Assembly: GCA_951406725.2 (NCBI GenBank)
Contig: OX597815.1
Location: 33,914,001 to 33,978,000 of the forward strand
DNA: 64,000 bases
Direction of reading: 5' to 3'
DNA from: Octopus vulgaris
Taxonomy: Eukaryota
Part shown: positions 1 to 13,200 of the stretch, one piece after another
Layout of the letters: each line of letters opens with the position of its first letter
Position numbering within the stretch: the first letter of the stretch is position 1
The notes under the pieces: model-generated
Databases searched by the model: none
Told to the model about the DNA's origin: nothing
Seen by the model: only the letters and a program-made list of their open reading frames with translations
Made by a program: the position numbers and the translations under genes

Positions 1-1113
1 AACAAGAGCATTCCCACTGTATGATGACATTTGGTAGTCAGTAACCATGGATGAGCTTTGCATAGCATACTACAAGATTTGTGTGTGTGTGAAGTAAATG
101 GACTTTAAATTAATTTTGAGAATGAACCTATCCAAACATGGTTTAGAACAAAGAAAATATGACAAGAATTTAGTAGAGTGGAAATTTTATATTATTTTAG
201 AAACAATGTACATTTTTATCGTCTATCACCATCTCTGACCTTAACTAGTACAGTATCTTTCATAGTTAATTTTGGTCACTGTACCAGTGCCTATTACTCA
301 CCACTTATTCTTTAGTAGTGGCAGTATACCACTAGATAGACCATATGACTGGTTATATAGCATCTGACAAATGATGTTTCTTGTGAAACAATATTGCTCT
401 ATGGCCATCTTACCTTTTGTCTCAATTTGGACTTCAATCTTTTGTTGTATAGTAAGCCTAAATATGCTGTGAGCATGTTCTTTTGCTAATTCCAATTATT
501 AGACTGACTAGGTTTTCATACTCATTTCAAGGGTATAGTTGCTTATATCAAACTCCCTTCCAGTACTTGGATGGTAGTTATTTTGTTAATTTCAAAAGGA
601 TACGAGCCAGAGTTGACCTGTATAGGATTTGAAGCAAAATGTAAAGAGATGTAAATAAATATCATTTGGTATTTTGTCATGTTTTATACCGATTCTGACA
701 TGACTCATAAAAATGAGGCCTACTTCATAAAATCAGAGATATATGTTGTAGCCTTCCAGTTTCAGAACATGTTCTGTAAATGCTGTTTAAACAAACTTTC
801 CTAGGTTGAACTTTTGAATTTTACTTTTGTATACTGCTTTAACCCCTATTTTTTATCAGTACTCTTGAAACCACTCCTGGTTCTACAATATAAACTTCTT
901 GTTTTAATTGATCTAAGTTAAAATCAAAGTTACATATAATTTATGTTCCAAAACACCAGTTTAACAAAGTCTACTAAATTTTTCATTATTTTCAAAATTG
1001 ATTGAAACAAAAGTAAAACTCAATAGCTTAAGTTTAAAATATATTTTGAAGTTAATATTGAACACTGAATTTCCTAACAATGGTCATCTATTATTCTCTT
1101 TCTATTTCCTTAG

Positions 1114-1269
1114 GTCCTCCAACCTACCTACATTGGATGCCATTAGTCATGCCTCATTGATTGGTCATTGTCTGGCTGCTTATGTATCAACCTTAAGTGA
1201 AAGTCATATCAAAAGCATCTCCTCCAAGATTTTATGTGACTGCCAGTTTATGCTGACCCGCTTATTCAA
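1114..1269 (+). CDS. PDXDC1: PDXDC1 coding exon w1 (SSNLPTLDAISH...LTRLFK)
   Basis: tttccttag acceptor at 1113, aa|gtatgt donor, phase 2-2. Confidence 0.85.
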
Positions 1270-4200
1270 GTATGTAAAGTTTTATTTGTTCTTTTTTCTT
1301 TCAGACAAAATAATTGCAAATGAAATAAAATGAAATTTAACCAGATGAATGGTGAAAGAAAAAACCCAGAAAATTTGAACAAATTAATTTTAATAGATTG
1401 TGTAAATCTTTTACTAGTGTAGAAGGTATCACTTAATGTAGACTAATGACTAGTGACATCAAAGAAAGAGCTAGATGAACCCAAGAGATGCATGAACATT
1501 TGGAAGAGGAAGGTATGGGAGCAGAAAGATAATTTGGCTGGACATAAATTCAAAGAATTACAAAGTAACATGTGTTGAGAAGGAGGTGGGTAGTAGGACA
1601 AAGTTGGACATGTTTTAGTCACTTATACAGTCTATAGGGTAGTATAGGAAGAGGTAATTTTCAGTGAATGGTATTGTAATATCATCAACATAAAAGGCAG
1701 CGAGCTGGTACAAACGTTAGCACACTGGGCGAAATGCTTAGCGGTATTTCGTCTGCCGTTACATTCTGAGTTCAAATTCCGCCAAGGTTGACTTTGCCTT
1801 TCATCCTTTCTGGGTCGATTAAATAAGTACCAGTTATAATCGACTTAATCCATTTGTCTGTCCTTGTTTGTCCTCTCTGTTTAGCCCCTTGTGGGTAGTA
1901 ATGAAATAGGTATTGTAATATCATCATCAGTTGCTACAAGGGCAGAAGAGATGCACCAGAGAGAAACAATTATAGAGGCATCAAATTGATGGACCAGGTA
2001 ATGAAAGTAGCAGAAAGAATTATAGAACAAATGATTTGAAAGAAAATTTAGCTAAAATATTGGGGTACTCTTTCTTGTGATTCAAATAAGTAATTTCTTA
2101 GTGAGAGCAAGTCACTCTACATAGCCTATTTGTTGACCTAAAGTTATCTGACATGGTACCACACTCTATATTCTGGTGGCTGCTAAGAAAACAGTGTGTG
2201 GATTAACTCTTTAGCTTTTAAACTGGCCATATCCAGCCAAGATATTCTATCTGTTTTTTGTTCAAACTGGCTAAATCTGGCATCTTACACCTATCCTACA
2301 ATGTCATTAAAAATAAAACAATCACATCATCAAAATCTCAAAGCTATGAGATAATGCATGATTTATACAAAGCAATTGAATAAATAAGCATTATATTTGA
2401 CAGTAATCTGAATACTAAAGGATTAATGACATGTGAAAGCTGTGCAAATAATTTATAGGGACTGTCTGCAAAGATTTTAAAGTGCATGTAGGCGATAATG
2501 AAGGTTCAGTTCTCAGTGAGAATCCTGCCTTTGTTATTATTATCAGTCTACTGGAGAAGATCTATGTTACCCGTTCAAGCATGGAAAAATGAATGTAAAA
2601 TGACCATGAAGATGATATATGCCTGAATTTACAACTGACTGAAAAATATTCAATATATATCGTAGACTTTATTCATTTATTTGAAACTGCAGTTCTCTCA
2701 TTTGTTACCCTTGAGTTTTTGCTTTTGACAGAAATGTAAAATTCGTAGTGATGTTGAAGAGCCATAACTTCAAATAAAAGAAATATGTAAATTTTTTTTG
2801 TGTGTGTGTGTGTGTGCATGAATATGTTTAAATATAATGTACCACTATCATTATGCAGGCAGCGAGCTGGCAGAAACGTTAGCACGCCGGGCGAAATGCG
2901 TAGCCGAATTTCGTCTGCCGTTATGTTCTGAGTTCAAATTCCGCCAAGGTCAACTTTACCTTTCATCCTTTCGGGGTCGATTAAATAAGTACCAGTTACT
3001 CACTGGGGTCGATATAATCGATTTAATCCGTTAGTCTGTCCTTGTTTGTCCCCTCTGTGTTTAGCCCTTTGTGGGTAGTAAAGAAATAGGTTGCATGTAT
3101 TTGTATGTATTTTGTGTGTGTGTAAAATATCTTTACAGGTTTTTTAAAAATTTATTTCTAGATTTCCTGATGCTTCTGCTTACTATCACAAGGAAGAATA
3201 TGATGGCTTAGTGAAGGCTTGTAAATTGGCTTTACATCAGAAATATCCTAAATACAGTACGGAGGGTTTTGAGGCCTTGTACTCACGTCCACCAGTGATT
3301 TATTTTAGTGCTGCTGCTCCTCCAAACCTTGGACAAAGTTTGTGTATGCAGGTCAGTTGTTGCTCTACTAGTTTGGTTACAACTTACAGCTTCATTAGTA
3401 GCAGGAGAGAGAGAGAGAGAGAGAGTGAGAATGAACAAACACAATGGCATATATAATTACACACACACACACACAATGAACTTCTTTCAATTTCTCTCCA
3501 CCAGATCCATTCACAAAACTTTGGTTTGTTTGGGATTGTAATAAGGAACACTTGCAAGTATCTTCTACTATAACTCCAGTGAGATTGAACCTGAAACCAT
3601 GTGGTTGGGAAGAAAGTTTCTTTACCATAGAGCCACATGTGTGTGTGTGTATGTGTGTGTATATATATAATCTGTGTGTGTGTGTCTCTCTCTCTTTCTC
3701 TTTGTGCACTAATTGTAAACAAACATCACCACCAGTGGTGTTGTTTGCAGTCTTGCATGAAAAATATTTCTGGCCTTTGTGCTGTTTTATGTTCAATGGG
3801 TTAGGAAAACTTTGCTTGGAAATAGGTGAGTGTTGGTGACAAGAAAATCATCCAGCAGTAGAAAATCTGCCTCAAGGAATTTCATTTTCATCCATGCAAG
3901 TGTGGAAATATCTATGTTAAATCTATGATACCCAAACTCTCAAATCTTAGCAACAGCAGTTTGAGCTGAGATCCACAGTCAGTGATAGCTAGAGCAGCCA
4001 AATTCTCATTGCCCTTTAAAATATCAATGGTTGCAAGTTGAAATTTCAGGCCAGCAGCTGTTGATGATATTTCTTCCTGAGTATAGACATTGTTGAGTGA
4101 ATATCCGTGGAGATGTTACACTTATGACAAGACAGTAGAGGCACGTGGCTTAGTGGTTAGGGTGTTGGACTCATGATTGCAAGATTGTAGTTTCATTTCC

Positions 4201-7200
4201 TGGACTGGGCAACATGCTGTGTTCTTGAGCAAAACACTTCATTTCATGTTGTTCCTGTCCACTCAGCTGGCAAAAATGAGTAATCCTGCAATGGACTGGT
4301 GTCTCATCCAGGTGGAGAGTCTATGTGCTATGAAACCAGGAAACTGGCCCTTAGTATGACTTGAGTAACTTCTTTATATGGCAAGACTGATGTTAGTTGT
4401 TGAGTTGATAGTGTTTTAGTGAAGAGAAGTAGATAGAAAAAAATTGCCAATAAATATATTCTGCGAATCAGTCTCACTATGTATAAACTCTGTATAAATT
4501 TATGACAGTGGATATTTTGATAAAATAGAAACAATCCAACTAAACAAATCTGCCAGAGTGTGAATGCATGTGGCTTAATGGTTGGGTCGTTGGATTCTCT
4601 ACCATTTGATCAGTGATTCATTTCCTGGGTGGCATGTTGTAATCTTCGAGTAAGATACTTCATTACACTCAGCTGAAAATGAATATAAGCCCTGGTGTAG
4701 CCCTGTCTCCTAGCTGTGCTGTCTTTCATGTTCTGCTGGGTTAAAGATGGGTGGGTCTGAGAGGCTGTATGTGTCTGCTTATAACTGCATATCTGTATAT
4801 GTATACTAAGTAAATCACTTAGTGTTCTTAACCAAATTGAAAACTACAGTTGTCACTTGCAAGCAAGTATGATTTGATAGCATGTGCCATTGTTTTAGCT
4901 ACAAAGACACTTAAAACAATAGCACATGCTATCAAATCATGCTTGCAAGTGACAGCTGTTGTTTTCAATATGGTTAAGGACACTAAGTGATTTACTTAGT
5001 AAACATATACAGATAGGTACAAGTGTAGACTTTAGGTTAATTTTTCGATGTAATTTAAAAGAAGTATACTATAAAAAGGAAGAAATATACTTATCATATC
5101 CTACTGAAATCTGTTGTTTTCCCTTTCATATCTCCATGCTTCAAAGATTGCTGCTCATGTAATATAATTGTTGTAATCATTACACTTAGATGTTCCTTTC
5201 CCCTGCAAATGTGTGGCCTTATACCGGTGTTAGAAACTATTAATTACTAAACTTAGGTATTGTGACATCAGAATACTTTCATTCACTTTCTATTTATATT
5301 CTCACCTGTTCAGCTTGGTCTGCCTATATCCTGTATCAGTACAGTTCCTTGTAACTCTGTCTCTGGAGCTAACAGTAAAATGGTAAGATATATTTCTTTT
5401 GTTTCATTTCTTTATTTAATGTAGTCACTTCTTCTTTTCACTCCATACCCCTATTTCCTTCTTTTCATTACTTTTGTTTCTCTTTTCTTTTTCTCATTTT
5501 CTTTTTTGTAAATTGAAATACATCTTGCATAAATTTTTACTAATATCACTGTAACCAATTTTTATAGTGGTTAAATTTGTTTAGGGTTGATGTACCAACT
5601 GCCATGTGCATCTATCTTCATTGGAGAAAGAAGACAACCCTAGCAAGAATTGCTTGGATTCTCAAAAAATAGATGGAAACAATTTGAAAGAAATTAAGAA
5701 TTAGTCTCTGAAGTTAATTTACCTACTTTGTGGAAGGAAAGTCTGCTCTTTGCAGATAAGGGACAACAATAGACATGATTTGGTCTCTCAGATCTCTTCA
5801 GTATAGTCTAGCCAAGCGGGCATGATCATCAGCTGATAAAGGTTTTTACGTATAGAAAAATAGTTGCAAATAATTTTTGGTCATTAGTAATTTGCATTAT
5901 TTCTAAAATGAGCTAAGAGAAGTAACTCAAATAGGGTAATTGTATGAAATTGGACAAAGATAAGAGATGCTGTACTGAGTGTCATATCTGGAAAGTTTTT
6001 TTTATTAATTGAAATTTCTCTTTTAGAGAAAGAAAACAAAAATCTTATGACAGTTGTTAGTAACTTCCAAAAGAAGAGGGTAGATAATTTCTAGAATTTG
6101 AGATTTAATTTATCAAAATCAATTTATATGTTAAGGGGAAGTGAAGTTTTGTCTGTTTCCATGCTAAGGGTAACTATGCACATGTAATGTTTATTAAATC
6201 TTATGAGTATAGTTATTTAGTTATGAAAAGGTATAATATTTGAAATTCTTATGAATTTATCTTACTAAGAAAATACTTACATATCTTGGAATTTGTAATT
6301 TATACAGAGCTCGTCAGATAAAAAATGTTAGCTTTAGTTTTGGTTTACTGTGAATTACAAATGAAAATAATAATAATTATAGACCTTTTGAACCTTTGTT
6401 TTAGGAAAATGATAATTATAGTGATGGAGTGTCAGATTGGTACTCTCTGGTACTATCTTTGAATCTTTTGAAATCATCATCATCATCGTTTAACGTCCGC
6501 TTTCCATGCTAGCATGGGTTGGACGGTTCAACTGGGGTCTGGCAAGCCCGAAGGCTGCACCAGGCCAGTCAGATCTGGCAGTGTTTCTACAGCTGGATGC
6601 CCTTCCTAATGCCAACCACTCCGAGAGTGTAGTGGGTGATTTTATGTGCCACCGACACAGGTGCCAGACGAGGCTGGCAGACGGCCACGCTCGTCTGGTG
6701 TTTTTTATGTGCCACCGACACAGGTGCCAGACGAGGCTGGCAGACGGCCGAAATATGTGAAGTAATTTGCAAAGGATTGTGGAACAGCTCAAAAGTTAGG
6801 ACTCTTGGTTGCAGTTGCTTGTGTTGACTGATTCTCACTGTCCCTATCAGCTTGATATCCACTTTCATTAAGATGTGATAGGTTGGGCTGGTCTTGTATA
6901 ACAACCTCTCTAATTCTATTACTGTTCATTATTGTTATAATCAATCATTACTGCAAAGCTCCCGTGCTTAATGACTTCAGCAAAATATAGTCAACACAGC
7001 TGTATGCTGTATCTTCTTTATTCATCTCAGTCTATTATTGAAGGTCCCCAATGCTTTTTTTTTTTAACTTTGATTTTCTCTGTGAGCATATACCATCTAC
7101 TTGAAATGAAAAGTGAATATTTTTTTCGGTTAAACTATCCTCATTCATGCTCTGTTAATATCACAGTCAATAAATTTCTTCAGCTGATAACCTCCTTCAT

Positions 7201-10200
7201 ACTGAACAGACCAATTTTTTAATTTGAGGAATGGTTTTCTGTTCAGCTTTTTAACTCACCAGATTCATCTTATCATAGCTCCCTTTTTGAGTGAAATAGC
7301 CAGCTTTCTAAAATCTGATTTGACTTCTTTATCTCAGATTTTTCTTTTGATTTACTTTGCTTTGTATCTTCATCTATCATCAATTTCTGATAATGTGATA
7401 TTGCACCATTCTCTTTCCAAATATATATTTTTGTTACTGGTATGCTCACAATTCTCCCTTATTTTTTTATTCTCTTTTATTAATCTATGAAGGATGTGAC
7501 TATTTTTGAAAAGCTGATAAAAGATGATATTGCTGCAGCCAAAACGCCAGTTCTTTTGGTTGCTTATGCTGGTGAGTAATAATTTATTTAATTATATTAT
7601 TCATTTTTAACTATTTTCATTTTAAAATGATTACTAAAACTAGAGTTAGTAACATGTAGAAATTAACATGATTTACAATATTATTATGTCATTTTAAACT
7701 TGTTGAAATTATAGCTATGTATCATGTTTGCATTTTTCACACTAAAAATGTTTAAAGACTTGAAATTTTTTAGTTTAAGATAAAAACATAAGAAATTAAA
7801 AGTTTAGCTTTTTGCATGAAAGTAAGCACATTTTTGTTTCAAAATTTGTAAAGTTTTAACTGACAATACTCAGATTCCTTAATAATGAATCTATATTCAG
7901 TGTCTGTTGTACAGATGCCACTGTAAGGCATATATACAAATCAAATTGGTTTCCATTGCATCAGAAACCTTATTTTCTCACTTTATTTTAGGCAGAGTTA
8001 TCATTATACCATTTCACACATTTCCTTTGATCACAATGTAAACCATCTTCACTTTATTGCTGATAGGAAAAGATATGCAAGTGTAAAATACTCATTTGAG
8101 AAGCATTAAACATTTGGCTATAAAAATGTAAAGTAAAGCAAACCCTGTTTAGTTAGATAACTACCATGTTAGAATGAGTGAAATGTATCCTTTTTTGCAG
8201 TGACATTTTGTATATAAAATGCTGGAAAAAATATTTTCTCATAAACTGAATGCTTTTTATCCTTAATTACTCAGTAATAAAGTAGGAGTGGTACTGATTT
8301 TTTTTTAGCAAAGCATCCTGAAGTAATCTCGTACACTAACTTTACTTTGGGTTTCAGTACATGCTTTGAATACATGAATTCGCAGTGTTATATTTACAAG
8401 TGCTATGTTTGTTCTCTTTAACTAGGTACCCCTCTTACAGGGCAGGTTGATGAGTTGATTAAACTCTGGCAAATTTGTAATAATAATGGTATTTGGTGTC
8501 ATGTTGATGGGTAAGTTTTTCAGATATTAGTCTTTTATTTGTATCAGTTTTTGAAGTGGAAACATTCAACTCCATACATTTTCCATTAATAGAGCTTTCA
8601 TGTCTGCACTATAATGATACTGATATTTAAATGTTCCTTTTCTATAGAATATTCTGACCTTTCACTTTCTTTCTGTGATCTAATTATAGAGTTTTTGTTT
8701 AATTCAGTGGTAGATGTTATACGTTGGAAACTGCACAATATAATAATCAGCATCATCATCATCTACCATCACCATTACTGTTGCTAATATCAGTGACATA
8801 ATCTTTATTATTGTAATCTTTATTTATCTAACTTGCACAGTTTTGTTTTGCTGAAGAGGTCCCAGTCTTCATGATTAACTTTACTGCTTATACCTCATTT
8901 ATTAATGGCATCTGCTGTTGCATTTAGGGATGTCTAGAATGTCATTATTACTTAATGTATTTATGAAATGATGGTACTGACTCATTGACATCATCACTGC
9001 CAGTGCTTTTGGCTACTATGATTTAACATCAGATCATGCCATTGGAAATGTTTTTGTCCATAGCGTCATTGTAGGTATTACCATAGTGGCTGTGTCATTG
9101 TTGATACTGTCATTATTGTTAATATTAGACTGACCCTATTGTGAGTTTTATTTGATTAGATTTTCAAAAATAACTCTCATGGTTCATCTATAAACTTTAG
9201 TCATTTCATTCGTGAAGACTCATCTCCTAAGGCCTGCTCTCTTGTTCATCTATAAACTTTAGTCATTTCATTCGTGAAGACTCATCTCCTAAGGCCTGCT
9301 CTCTTGTCTTTTCTTTCTTCTTTTGCCTTAACAGTGGCCATTGCTCTCATCACATGTCATTTGTTCCTACTCACCAGAATTTCCATAGACATCTCTATAG
9401 CTGTTTGCTGCACAATCTATGTAGGGTTGTTAAAGATATTCAGTGAACCTCAAGAAATCAAGAAACTCTTGTATAGTGATCAAGTCTGTCTTAAGAACAG
9501 AATGGTCATAAAACAGGTGTAATGTGTCTTGATAACTGCCATATGCTCTAGATAGCCATGTAATGCATGGGAGAATGTACAACGTGGTTTTACAATCAGC
9601 TTAAGCACAGTATATCTAAATTGCAAGACCTGGATTGATTTCTTATATTCAGCCAACTGCAGGATTCAAACTATTTAGAGACACTCAGTATCTTTAGTAA
9701 TACTGTTGTCTCTCCCTTATCTGATTAATAATTAACATGCTGGGGGCTTCCATGGCATACATGGAGGCTACGGTTTTGGCTCCCACAATGAGGAGGGAAT
9801 GGTGTTTCAGTGTGGCCATTGCCAGTACCGCCTGACTGGCCCTCGTGCCGGTGGCACGTAAAAGTACCCACTACATTCTCTGAGTGGTTGGCATTAGGAA
9901 GGGCATCCAGCTGTAGAAACTCTGCCAGATCAAGATTAGAGCCTGGTGCAGCCATGTGGTTCACCAGTCCTCTGTCAAATCATCCAACCCATGCTAGCAT
10001 GGAAAGCGGACATTAAACGATGATGATAATAATTGAGCCCTGTGTTCAGAAACTTGAACTAAACTGATGTATAAAGGACCCTTGCAGTATCTTCCCTCTA
10101 TTAACGCTTTATATGTTTATTTAATGTCTGAAAAATATCTATTTGGAAGGAGCTGAGAGAACCCAGTGAGCTATTTACTTTACTGAGCTCAGAAAAATGA

Positions 10201-13200
10201 AAGGTAAAAATCAACTTTCATAAGATATGAACTTGAAGATGTGTAGTGCTTAAACTGAAAATAGTATTTTGAAGTAGGTTGTCACAGAGATTTACCTTTC
10301 ATTTGCTTTACATTATGGAAGCCAGTGTTCAGTAGTAGCTCTATAGACCTTTGCAATTCATGAGAGTATTAGTTTGTTAGAGAGAAAGAGAGAGAATATT
10401 TTATAACTAGTCAGACTACAGTTTCTTAAACTTCTCATATACTCTTCATTTTGCCTTCACTGATTCCACCTTCACAACAAATTATATCGAAGTTGCTCTT
10501 TTTAAATTTCTTTAACATTCTGGAATTTCATCTAGATTGAATTCAATTAAGTTTTCTTTGTTTAAGATCAGAATTATATTACTTTTTTTTCCCAAAATTT
10601 ATATTTTCAGAAACTGTCTAGCATTTCTCACACTAACAGCAGATCCATTAACAGAACAACATCCTATACTTGCTGACAGTATCACAGTGAATTTGGGAAA
10701 ATGGTTGGGTATTCTATCCTTACAGTTAATTGTATCCTTTGTGATTCTTCTTCTTTTCTAACTTCTTAATCTATAAATGAACAAACAAATTTTACTGCAC
10801 TAATGAATAAATAACAATATTGTATTTAAAATTTAAATTTATGGCCCATGGTAAAAATTATATAAATGTAAGTTTAATGTCTTTAAGGAGAAAGTATCAA
10901 GCATGTAATTTTTAGACATTAAATTTTATTGACTTTGTATTCTGTGAGAGCCATGTATCTCCCTTACATGACACTTGTTTCTGCCCTTTATCATAATTTA
11001 ACATCTCATCATCTGACAGAAAAATATAGTGAGATAGAGAAAGTGTGTGTGAAAGATAGATAGGGAGTATTATCACCATAGTTAATCAACAAGTTTTGAT
11101 TAAAAATGTGGGAATTTTAAGTGCAAGTCTGTCAATACAATGCAACACAGACTTAAAAAAAAACAAAAAGACTTTCACTATATAACAATATAAAATTGTT
11201 ATTTTTTTGGTTGTTTGTGTGTATATCTAGTTTTGTGTGTGTCTGTGTTTTGAATGTCTTTCAATATAGAGACAATGCAATACACACTTTAAAAAAAAGG
11301 ACTTTCACGATAATGACAAGTTGTGGTTGAGAGAGAAATTCAGTTAGAGAGAGAGAGAGAGAGAGAGTGATAGATAGATAGATAGAATGCTATCACCATA
11401 GTAACTCATGAAACTTTCATTATATAACAATCTACTAGTAAAAGAAGGTATGTGCATGATGAACAAATATTTTTACTGGTAGCATAGCAACAGGTAAAGA
11501 CCTTGTTAACTATAATTTCAAAAGTGAGACTATGCATATTAACATTGATAGTATTTATAGTAGCAGTAGTAGCTGTTAAACTTATGCTTGTCATTTCTGA
11601 GATCAGTGTCATTGAAGATTAAAATCTATTGAATCAGAAAGACAAGATAAAATTTGGAAGTGCATTTCATTTAATTATCTTTATTTGTACTAAGTAGGGC
11701 ATATCAAATAATATATAGAAATATTTATTAATAAATTGAAAGGTTCTCTCTTGATTGGAGAAACAAATCAATAATTTAATAGTAATTGGTAGCCAGTCAC
11801 AAATGAGAAGGGAGATAATTTCGAGAAATTAAGAAATAATTTTTAAAAATTAATCTTTTTTATGGTCTGATTAAATAACTGTTTTTGTTGTAATTGCATT
11901 TGTGAGAATCTGTAAATTAATGCTTAATTGTTTTCTTTTCTTGAAAAAAAAAAAAAATTCCTTAACAAAATCATTCTAGACTCTTTACAAGTGTGAAGAC
12001 ACAACAATGGCATATATGGCTGGGATGAATTCATTTAATGTTGTATCAAAGCTTTCCTGTTTACCTCTGTGGATATGTCTTCAAAGTATGGGATATGATG
12101 GAATCATTAAAAGAATTGAATCATCCTTTCATTTGGTAATTATATTATTTGTTATTCCAGTTGGTTGAAATATTCACAACACTTTCTGTTAAACAATCAT
12201 CATCATCATCGTTTAACATCTGCTTTCCATGCTAGCATGGGTTGGACGATTGACTGAGGACTGGCGAGCCAGATGACTGCACCAGGCTTCAATCTTGATC
12301 TGGCAGAGTTTCTACAGCTGAATGCCCTTCCTAACGCCAACCACTCCAAGAGTGTAGTGGGTGCTTTTACGTGCCACTGGCATGGAGCCAGTCAGGTGGT
12401 ACTGGCAACGACCTCACTCGAATCTTTTTCACATGCCAGTAAGGCGATGCTGATAACGATCACGCTCAAATGGTGCCTTTTACGTGCCACCGGCACGGAG
12501 GCCAGATAGCCGCTCTGTCAACAATCACACTCGTATGGTGCTCTTTGCACCCCACTAGCACGGATGCCAGTCATTGAATTTGATTTGATTTTGATTCCAC
12601 TTGCCTCAACAGGTCTTCGCTAGCAGAGTTTTAGTGTCCAAAGAGGGAAAAGGTACACCCAAAGAGGGAAAAGGTACACATAAGTGGGCTGGTTACGCCC
12701 TTGGCATAGGCCACGAGATTATGGTCTCATTTGGTTTGCCGGGTCTTCTCAAGCACAGCATATTTCCAAAAGTCTTGGTCACTAGTCATTTCCTTGGTGA
12801 ATTGTTGGGTTCTCTTTTTACTCAGAAAAAGTTTTGAAGGCATCAAGAGCTGTTATTACAATAAATATACCATGAATATCTAAAAACTCAGTCATTATAA
12901 ATATTCTAGTTCTTCAAATAATAATTCTGTCATACAATACAAAGTCTGTCATATGATTTTGGTTTTAATATTCTTTTTAAGTAAGAAGTATTGGCAAGCT
13001 GAGTTCACTGTAGTATTAATTCTCCTAATGATGAGGATCTATAGGTGCTGGGCTTATTCCAGTTTCTGTAGTGTTAAGCAGATGAGAGATAAATTTCTTT
13101 GTGGCTAAGATGTTTGGGTATAAAAGTTACATTCCCTTCATTATACTAGTATTCCAGTAATATAATGGAATAGAGTATCATTGATTAGCTGGCTGATATA

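Larger units (their letters stand above)
1410..2615 (+). mobile_element. Ancient degenerate RTE-clade LINE fragment, interrupted by a SINE and a MITE
   Basis: Decayed translation YKGRRDAPERNNYRGIKLMDQVMKVAERII (~1935-2025) is homologous to the RTE at 34430-34540; RTE-type tail remnant ~2565-2615; ends approximate. Confidence 0.65.

Noticed and set aside
2858-2950. tRNA genes in SINE heads (also 41727, 50629)
   Set aside because: Only A/B-box remnants with no cloverleaf; these are SINE promoters.
3131-3161. Alternative acceptor ctttacag at 3138 for exon w2
   Set aside because: It adds 23 nt and shifts the frame; the AG at 3160-3161 keeps homology.
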